In this document: positions 57,801-64,000 of the stretch, in pieces
Layout of the letters: each line of letters opens with the position of its first letter
How positions within the stretch are numbered: position 1 is the first letter of the stretch
IMG/VR virus record: IMGVR_UViG_3300024493_000235
Span: 204,443 to 268,442 of that record
Strand: one strand, 5' to 3'
DNA: 64,000 nt
DNA from: a virus
Taxonomy: Duplodnaviria; Caudoviricetes
Notes under the pieces: generated by a model
Seen by the model: only the letters and a program-made list of their open reading frames with translations
What the model was told of the DNA's origin: nothing
The model's database searches: none
Program-made: the position numbers and the translations under genes

Positions 57801-59329
57801 AATTGTTTCATCATCATCGCAATATCACGATCAAATTGTTTGTTGTAATAAGAACGATTGAAGGCTTGCCCAGTAGGATATTTAACCGATTTGTTCATGA
57901 CTCCTCTTGCAGGAATTTCATCAACATCGATTGAAATCTTTTCAAAGTCATCAAGAAGTTCTTTTAAAGTTTTTCCGTTCTTACCATCCATTTGGACTTT
58001 TTCCGATTTTTTCTTAAGAACTTTTACCCGACGTATAACCTCAGGTGTGCGTTCCGGAAGTCTGCTATTACGAACAGCGTTGGATGTTTTTTCATATAAC
58101 TCTTCGATTTCTTTTTCAGTTTCGTCTTCTTTTTCGTCGGTGTCACTATCGCCAAGAAGTATATCTTCATCGTCGTTTTTATCAGTTTTTCTCGATCTGT
58201 CGTCATCGTCAGATACAGCATCATCTAATGCGTCGATAGCGTCATCGATATCATTTTTCATAAACTTCTTTTTCATCGGTTGCGGAGTTTTTGGAGCCGA
58301 TTTAGAAGAAGTCTTATTAATATCGATGGATGTATTTTTTATAGCAGCAAGAGCATTTGATATTATATCGTTTTTTGACATATCGAGGTCTTTAAGTTCT
58401 TTTTGTATTGGACCTTCATCAACCATATCGATAAGAGCATTTTTTAAAGGTTCCAAAGAAGCGCCCTTATTTCCACCTGCCATTTTCTTTGCAATCTTGG
58501 TAAGCTTTTGTTCTGTTGCGCTTTCTTCTCTTTCATGGCATTCTTTTTCGGTGTTAACAACTTCATCTTCTATTTCAAGAATACCTTCAGAGTCCTGTGC
58601 GGCGTATGCCCACATTCCTTTCATGAACCTGAATACTATTTTTGGAAGTCCATCAGATACAATTTCAGGTGTTATTGGAAAATATGTAAACATTCCAAGT
58701 TTGTTTGTAATGATAACCGTTGTTCCAATCCAATCACTTAAAGACTGGGAATCATTAAAAAGCCTGTAAAAAAATACCTGCTCTAATGATTGCAATTGCG
58801 GTTTCATTATGTATTTAATGTCAACTTTGATACTTTCATCTATATTAACAACAAAGTATTTCTTTGTATAAGATGAAAATCTTGCATCTTGTAATATAGA
58901 ATCAAATATGGCATAGCACTGCCTTATATACATTTGGATAGAAACAAAATTTGATCTTTCCAAAAGCTGGAGTCTCGTAGAGGCGTCATATATAATATTT
59001 CTTTCATGATACTGCTCTACCATTAAGAAATAAAATTGAAGCCAACGCATTTGTTCTTTATGTTTTTTGTATATTTCTGACACCTTTTGTCGTACGGTTT
59101 TCATAGCCCCTGTAATCATCTTTGCTCTATAGAGTTTTTCGACATAAATAGAGCGAAGATATCTTTTATTAAAAAGAGGCATGTTAAATATGTCAGCTAT
59201 GTCTTCACGTTTTCCTGATAATAGAGTTATAAATGTCGATTTTCTTGGAGCCTTATTATTTGCGGCATCAAGAATAAACGATTTATTTCGAAATAGTTTT
59301 TGTGGTATAAAAGTAGACAGTAATCTCAT
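54881..59329 (-). CDS. rpoB: Phage RNA polymerase beta subunit, unsplit, with long N-terminal extension (probably virion RNAP)
   Basis: IPKLVDNKFFLVDG, SSPDGPDIG, DHDDARR, TFEDS, GDKI and DAILNPISIQAR; AACA-N6-TA promoter at 59355-59366. Confidence 0.92.
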   Translation of the reverse strand: MRLLSTFIPQKLFRNKSFILDAANNKAPRKSTFITLLSGKREDIADIFNMPLFNKRYLRSIYVEKLYRAKMITGAMKTVRQKVSEIYKKHKEQMRWLQFYFLMVEQYHERNIIYDASTRLQLLERSNFVSIQMYIRQCYAIFDSILQDARFSSYTKKYFVVNIDESIKVDIKYIMKPQLQSLEQVFFYRLFNDSQSLSDWIGTTVIITNKLGMFTYFPITPEIVSDGLPKIVFRFMKGMWAYAAQDSEGILEIEDEVVNTEKECHEREESATEQKLTKIAKKMAGGNKGASLEPLKNALIDMVDEGPIQKELKDLDMSKNDIISNALAAIKNTSIDINKTSSKSAPKTPQPMKKKFMKNDIDDAIDALDDAVSDDDDRSRKTDKNDDEDILLGDSDTDEKEDETEKEIEELYEKTSNAVRNSRLPERTPEVIRRVKVLKKKSEKVQMDGKNGKTLKELLDDFEKISIDVDEIPARGVMNKSVKYPTGQAFNRSYYNKQFDRDIAMMMKQFSEAPEINMIVTNITKKDISNTLNALIKYTFDFVDEFGNKHKVAYNIPKLVDNKFFLVDGNKKMLTGQIASIPVVKINPDEVRITTAFNQMHIYRAGQAFDPKLEILKKLIKKFPGNGTYGLSFKSGDSYDTNLKYNTTLEYDKLSETFYSIVIQSSDKKKSVSFIFNQRDIRHMFEDLNIAYVEKPGLMPIGITEDKTIIYIDVNTGMDTQTKKNTICDLILATIRQYVTMGDLEKVIKRLTVPKKYMYSKVHYLGRLLSFGVFLGYLFGLSELLKEMGVKYTFEKEPLPKENALKQNMIRFKDGFLYYDIHPVRHSLILNGLIHDISTENFTLKEMDEENPYLLAFDEMFQTRHFAKGFKDGKSWLIDFKTAQVMRTLNLPDTFLPMMLYANSLLEDNTVVDPKTTDVNRIRNLELIPCVFMYKSLTQTYRTFKHRYTSKSTMFVNENDIIKKMNDSGLFRDYDTLNPIREIETEGSLTFKGPGGCKQTDAYTLSRRAYDKSMVGVFAASSPDGPDIGITKYMSMNPRISDVLGFVKSGKTDNPEEIDFGNIGSVAELLVPYAIDHDDARRLGMVGKESKHVMAAMDTDPLLIGNGVEKTVPYMTSNDFITFAKKDGSVLQIDKKNGVAIVEYNDGERESIDIQDHIHKDGGMGFYVVSRKTFDLQEGDKFKKFDVLAKNPSYFSTENGKNAPEFNPGVLANVAVVMSSTTFEDSAVITEKLAKRMSTEVVMLKKVVLGAKANIFQSTKVGDNVIAGQALMIYEDELDDPEINKIVNQASTKDLKALEDLVKQTPHSKVTGTIQDIKVYYTVPVSEMSDSVRKFVEGHNNRIRDRVKVIAQAGAKNPNEISTDYIGVTPPSSDNKIKGTYCPQGKVLVEYYTKYIDQPNSGDKICFFASMKCVLCRTLAQNLAPYPIKRKDDKIDAILNPISIQARQVTSILHMLFGNKCVWGLKEQVRKLFNEYAEDERK

Positions 59330-59521
59330 AAAAACTCCAATAAAGTGAGGATTTTATAACAATGTTTTCCGAACTATCAAATGTCATAAAAAGTGTATAT
59401 AATATACATATGAAACCTATATTTTCTTATGAAAAGAGGCTTGTAACATTAAGGTGTTGTAATTTTATGAAATAGGTTTTGGCTATATATAATAGCTATA
59501 ACGAAAAGAGAAGGAGTTCCT

Positions 59522-60184
59522 ATGAATAGTTTAAATGACGTAAACTCTCCAAGCTTTGAGTATACGGGAGTTATCGGCGGAAACGACATCGACTTAAAAG
59601 ATTTGGCAGGGTTTAGCGATACATTGCTTGGCGCTGCGATGAATGAGCTTACGGCAGCTCTCGGTACGGCAGAAAATCCGTATGAGCAATATCATCAGGG
59701 AGATGGCGGCATTTCGGATATTGTTCTTCAGACATTCGATTCTGCTTTACTCATAGACGGCAATGTCAAATTATACACAGAGAATCAAGGTACAACATTC
59801 GACAACACGGAAGAAATGGCAGCCATGATGGGCAAGAAAATCGACAAGAAAGAAAGTGCGAATGCACCAAAGAAAGTCGAAGAAGATCTTACAAAGAATA
59901 TAAACTCAGCTCTTGAAAATCTTGATAAGATTACAAAGCATGAAGTTAACGCTTCCTGGATGCTTTGGCATGATTCCAAAGTTGTCGAGCAAAATGCGGA
60001 TGGGGAACTCGAATTTGTCGATGATGAAAATGACTTCACTGACGAAGATTTCGACGATGATGCATTTCTTACAGAAATGGAGCATATCAACGAAGAAGCT
60101 AAATCTGGGGAGTTTGATCACATTCTTAACAGAACGACACTTACACCGATATCCAAAGAACCGAATATTCGCATTGTTAAGTGA
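59522..60184 (+). CDS. Acidic hypothetical protein
   Basis: Class I promoter at 59484, AAGGAG RBS. Confidence 0.75.
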   Translation: MNSLNDVNSPSFEYTGVIGGNDIDLKDLAGFSDTLLGAAMNELTAALGTAENPYEQYHQGDGGISDIVLQTFDSALLIDGNVKLYTENQGTTFDNTEEMAAMMGKKIDKKESANAPKKVEEDLTKNINSALENLDKITKHEVNASWMLWHDSKVVEQNADGELEFVDDENDFTDEDFDDDAFLTEMEHINEEAKSGEFDHILNRTTLTPISKEPNIRIVK

Positions 60185-60193
60185 GGTAACAAT

Positions 60194-61261
60194 ATGATAG
60201 CAACACAAATTCACGCGACAAGGTTGTATGAAGTCACAGAACAAGAATTTACGACATTGCAAAAGATGTTTAAATGTCAAGAGTTCTGTGACACCTCACG
60301 AAATATCGATGTCCAGTTTGGAAAGATAATGGGTGAAGATAAGGCATTAAGCTCTATTAACCCAAACTATTCTACTAAAAATGTGGTCAATAAAATCGGC
60401 GATACATATCATATGTATAATACAGTCCGTAAGGAAAACGGATTTACGATTATGCCGTTTGTCAGTATTGAAATACTTGAGATCTTTAAAAGATTTGATC
60501 AAGAACAAAATAGCGAAACGCTGTATGAGATTAAAATTGAGTACAGCAATCCATATCCTGAGAATTTCAAACGGAATAGTGAGGTTGATATACTTCCTAT
60601 CGATATATCGTATTTCATTGAAGTTGCTCTGGGAAGAACAAATTCTCTTTGTTGCGGAAAGCCCATTCAGGATGCCGAAATTCCGGAAGGTTCTGATATC
60701 ATTGAATGCTTTGAATTTTTAGGAAGAAGATTCTTTTTGATGCGGTATGTCGATAAAACGGATCCGCAAGATACTACCACGACAGTAAAGAGTTCAGAAA
60801 CGGGATTCTTCTTTGTTAAGGCTCGTTCCACTGTGAATCAAAGAGTTAAGGAAGGATTAAGAGTAAATCCTATGTGCAATATAACAGAACCTGATAAACA
60901 AGTTATCGCGCATTGCATATATGGAAACGCAAAAACAATTACTCCGCCTGAAACAAATTGGTGCGCTATATATGGCACAGATGCACTTCTTTCCAGTATG
61001 GGAATAAACGTTCTTGATAAGGTGAAGATTCTTGAATTATTCTCAAGGAATGTATATGTGCCGATATTTAATTTCTTCGCTACCAGTGTCGACAATGTAT
61101 CGATAGAATCTGGTTTTGCATGTCAAGGATTGTCAACATTATTACTTCATGAATTATCCATCCATGTGAATATCATTCAGGATGAACCGCCAGATGATTT
61201 ATCTGGATATACACGATTTGACGATCCGCAGGGAATTCTGCACGAAACACCATCGACATAA
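60194..61261 (+). CDS. Hypothetical protein
   Basis: 355 aa, GAGG RBS. Confidence 0.75.
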   Translation: MIATQIHATRLYEVTEQEFTTLQKMFKCQEFCDTSRNIDVQFGKIMGEDKALSSINPNYSTKNVVNKIGDTYHMYNTVRKENGFTIMPFVSIEILEIFKRFDQEQNSETLYEIKIEYSNPYPENFKRNSEVDILPIDISYFIEVALGRTNSLCCGKPIQDAEIPEGSDIIECFEFLGRRFFLMRYVDKTDPQDTTTTVKSSETGFFFVKARSTVNQRVKEGLRVNPMCNITEPDKQVIAHCIYGNAKTITPPETNWCAIYGTDALLSSMGINVLDKVKILELFSRNVYVPIFNFFATSVDNVSIESGFACQGLSTLLLHELSIHVNIIQDEPPDDLSGYTRFDDPQGILHETPST

Positions 61262-61324
61262 AAAGTTAAGCCTAAAGGGATATCCCTTTAGGCTTCTTGT
61301 ATTTTAATAAGGAGATTTTGCAAA

Positions 61325-62644
61325 ATGGCGAACAAAGAAAGAGAAGCGATACTACAAAACGCGAGAATTGCATTAAAAGAACGATTTGTAGGAATAGACA
61401 ACGTAATTGATACGCTCATCGATAAAATTCATATTTGGTATTGTCGTCCGCAATATCTCTTTAGGCCAACAATTATTTCGATATACGGTCTTACAGGAGT
61501 TGGAAAAACGGAGATGATCCATTATCTTGTTAAACTTCTTGGTATGGAACAAACATTTTGTACCCTTGATATCGGTTCTCATGAAACCTCGTATTCTATG
61601 AGAGGGTATTTGCGCTCAGATGGTATCAAGTATGATACCCACGGGATTTTCTTTATAGACGAAATACAAAGGGTTGAAAGTGTATCTACGGTTCACGGAT
61701 CTCTTTTAAACGGATCCTTATTCCACGGGTTTTGGTCCCTACTTTCCAATGGAAGACTTGAAAATGTTGGAGATAAACTTGCCAATATCCAGAGTCTTAT
61801 GAATCAACTGCGTGTGAGAACTCGTGAAGTTGAAAGGGTGCGACAATCAATATTTGAAAGGCGCACATCAGATGATCCCGCGGAAATGGAGAAAGTATAC
61901 AACGAGTTTTCCAAGTATATAGAAGGGCAAATGAATAGCGCTTGTATGTACGGAAACATGATCACAGATTACATCGAAGATTGTGATATTCAAGGGTTAT
62001 GGCGATACAAATCTATGTATCAGTCGCAAATGACATGCGCTCAAGATTGGGATTATGTACAAGGAACTGTAGGGCGACATGCGCAAATACTTGCTCTTGC
62101 GAATTCTCTTAACGATTTTATCGTTATGGAGTTTTTAAAGTATAAATACAATCAATATCAGCAACAAAGTGCCACATTAAGTGATGATGATTTTATTTAT
62201 AAGAAACTTCTCATTCTTGTCGCAGGAAATCTCGATGATATATTTATTCCAACTGGTAAACCCGAATATGAGCTCACCTGTGATGACGTAGTTAAGCACG
62301 TAAGTAAAATTACACCAAATGATGTACGCAAAGCTCTATTCAAAATCTTCAGGCCAGAACAAGTATCTCGTTTTGGTACAAATTACATCATTATGCCAGC
62401 TTTGACAGAAGATGACTACCTTAAAATTATAGAAAAGGAGATTAACAAATGGTTATGCATAGTAACAGAACAGTATGACATCGATTTATCGAAAGTATTT
62501 ACTCCAAGTGTTATTTTTGCAAAACTAAAAGAAAGAGGGTTTTTTCCGTCCCAAGGGGTGAGGCCAATTTTGAGTTCCGTTAATTCTATTATAACGGAAA
62601 TGCTCCCGGACATTCTGCTTCAACACGAGTCTGGTGCTTCTTAA
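61325..62644 (+). CDS. AAA+ ATPase resembling the ClpA/B D2 module
   Basis: GLTGVGKT, FFIDE, FRPEQVSRFG and QGVRPI. Confidence 0.8.
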   Translation: MANKEREAILQNARIALKERFVGIDNVIDTLIDKIHIWYCRPQYLFRPTIISIYGLTGVGKTEMIHYLVKLLGMEQTFCTLDIGSHETSYSMRGYLRSDGIKYDTHGIFFIDEIQRVESVSTVHGSLLNGSLFHGFWSLLSNGRLENVGDKLANIQSLMNQLRVRTREVERVRQSIFERRTSDDPAEMEKVYNEFSKYIEGQMNSACMYGNMITDYIEDCDIQGLWRYKSMYQSQMTCAQDWDYVQGTVGRHAQILALANSLNDFIVMEFLKYKYNQYQQQSATLSDDDFIYKKLLILVAGNLDDIFIPTGKPEYELTCDDVVKHVSKITPNDVRKALFKIFRPEQVSRFGTNYIIMPALTEDDYLKIIEKEINKWLCIVTEQYDIDLSKVFTPSVIFAKLKERGFFPSQGVRPILSSVNSIITEMLPDILLQHESGAS

Positions 62645-62664
62645 AACGGTAACATGGTGGTAAT

Positions 62665-62895
62665 ATGAAATTGGATATAATAGCTTCATACCCGACCATG
62701 GAAGAGCTGCAGTACTTTCTTGGACAAAAATACGAACAACCTGTAAGGATCATACAAGAAATGCAGATGACAATGATTGAACAATGGCACGTAAGAGGCA
62801 CAAAGAAATGGATTCCAGAATGTTGGAAATACCGTATTGTGCGCAAAAACGGATTATACCATTACGGTATTTCCAAAGAAGAAACAGATGTGTAA
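62665..62895 (+). CDS. Hypothetical protein
   Basis: 76 aa, followed by a terminator hairpin. Confidence 0.6.
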   Translation: MKLDIIASYPTMEELQYFLGQKYEQPVRIIQEMQMTMIEQWHVRGTKKWIPECWKYRIVRKNGLYHYGISKEETDV

Positions 62896-62939
62896 AAAAA
62901 ATAATATTTGCTGGGGACTAAATGTCCCCCGCAAATGCT

Positions 62940-63833
62940 TTATTCTTTGTCCACGACTTTTTTGTCCTTCATGATGGACAGAGTTTTGGTGGCGCTTGTA
63001 ACCAAATCTTCCATCTGTGTAAGAAGAGTCTTGGGCACAGTGGTAATTGTCTCTTCGCCGAAATGGTCGGAAATTCTTGTGAAGAGTGCCATTGTAGTCT
63101 TAGCAACTTCTTCAGCATTCATGACAAACTTGAATACCGGCTGGTCATCATTGTTTGTCGCAGTCATGATGAGACTTCCTTTGGGATAGAAGTTTCCAAC
63201 AAACTTGCCGTCGAAGTAGGATTTTACATCCGTCTTTTCGTCGGACAGCACCTTTACCTTCGAAAGCATTTTCTCGAGTTTTTCCTTTATGAAGGAATAA
63301 ACATCGCCGGAAATTGTTCCGTTATCAAGCAGACTGCGGGCGACATTCAAAGACTCTTTAATCGTTTCCTCTTCAGAAATCTTCTTTGTCTCGTCCTTGT
63401 CATAGAACTCCTGTATAAGGTCGGCAACTTTGTTGCTGGCGATAATACGGGGATTCGTGTTGATAGCGACTTCAAATTCCTTTTTGGCCTTCGAAATCTC
63501 TGCGATGAGTCCGTGGAACTCGCGGCTTCCCGCGAAATCCTGGATTACCATGTTGAGAAGGGAAATGACTTCCTTTGAAGATTCGCCGCAGGAAATCAAG
63601 TAGCTGTTTATAAGCTTCTTGAAATCTCCCCTGTGCATACGGTAGCGGATAAGGTATTCCTTTATCCTTGCCGGAATCCGAACGAGTTCCTCGGTCACTT
63701 CCGCGAGCCACCTGCGAATGCCGGTTTTGTCTTCCTGTTCTTGCTGCGCTACCTCTTCGGGATGCTTTGCAAGACGTTCTGCCGCTGTTTCTACTGTGTC
63801 CTTTCCTTCCTCTCTCTCTCTCTCTCCACTCAT
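62940..63833 (-). CDS. Hypothetical protein with GC-richer codon usage
   Basis: Start moved to ATG 63833 behind AAGGGAG; class I promoter at 63934-63943. Confidence 0.75.
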   Translation of the reverse strand: MSGEREREEGKDTVETAAERLAKHPEEVAQQEQEDKTGIRRWLAEVTEELVRIPARIKEYLIRYRMHRGDFKKLINSYLISCGESSKEVISLLNMVIQDFAGSREFHGLIAEISKAKKEFEVAINTNPRIIASNKVADLIQEFYDKDETKKISEEETIKESLNVARSLLDNGTISGDVYSFIKEKLEKMLSKVKVLSDEKTDVKSYFDGKFVGNFYPKGSLIMTATNNDDQPVFKFVMNAEEVAKTTMALFTRISDHFGEETITTVPKTLLTQMEDLVTSATKTLSIMKDKKVVDKE

Positions 63834-63845
63834 GATTTTCTCCCT

Positions 63846-63925
63846 TACTTCATTACATGCGTACAGCATATAGTAAAGTAAACTTGTGATTTCATAGAGC
63901 ATTACACGTACAGTGTTTCTCTATG
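63846..63925 (-). promoter_or_regulatory. Twin leader hairpins with identical C-UGUAC-G loops
   Basis: CATAGAG..CAC-TGTAC-GTG..CTCTATG and TACTTTA..TATGC-TGTAC-GCATG..TGAAGTA. Confidence 0.6.
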
Positions 63926-64000
63926 TTATTAATATGATATATATTCGAATTTTTATTTATTTCTTTTTGCTTTTTATAGCTGAATTGTATGGGATCATAC

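Noticed and set aside
19302-59329. Introns or inteins in the RNAP, helicase or recombinase genes
   Set aside because: Frames are continuous and no intein termini or LAGLIDADG motifs were recognised. The beta halves are separate genes on opposite strands.
63810-63826. (GA)n microsatellite near the start of the 62940 gene as a phase-variation switch
   Set aside because: Only about eight units, in frame as ERERE; a single sequence gives no evidence of length variation.
1-64000. CRISPR array, IS/transposase, integrase or reverse transcriptase
   Set aside because: No regularly spaced repeats or recognisable catalytic motifs were seen. The TnsA-like nuclease at 11421 has no transposon partners or ends.
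1-64000. Alternative genetic code (stop-codon reassignment)
   Set aside because: Long conserved genes are intact in the standard code, and TAA, TAG and TGA all end genes next to terminators or downstream starts.

Overview
A gene-dense, AT-rich segment of a large tailed bacteriophage genome, most like the AR9/PBS1/phiKZ-type jumbo phages that encode their own multisubunit RNA polymerases. The window holds four RNAP subunit genes: an unsplit 1482-aa beta, a split beta N-half and C-half, and a beta-prime C-half. It also carries a primase, a RecA/UvsX-like recombinase, a Dda/RecD-like helicase, an HU-like protein, a GroEL-like chaperonin, a prohead protease, neck and baseplate-like genes and tRNA-Cys. 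Host-like accessory genes include a uracil permease, an AraC regulator, two GNATs and a soluble MotA-like domain, and there are four expanded paralog families. Two promoter classes can be read from the sequence: TATAYATMAT (probably early) and AACA-N6-TA (matching the AR9 late consensus). The most novel signals are non-coding or recoding. (1) A roughly 135-bp promoter plus leader element occurs twice, 41,919 bp apart, with five compensatory base-pair changes. (2) A roughly 440-nt GC-rich structured RNA has its own promoter and terminator. (3) A late-promoter sRNA exposes an anti-SD/anti-AUG seed. (4) Several more leader hairpins are present. (5) A T-TTT-TTC -1 frameshift site extends a baseplate/tail chaperone-like protein. 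All product calls come from motif recognition by eye; no database searches or folding programs were run.
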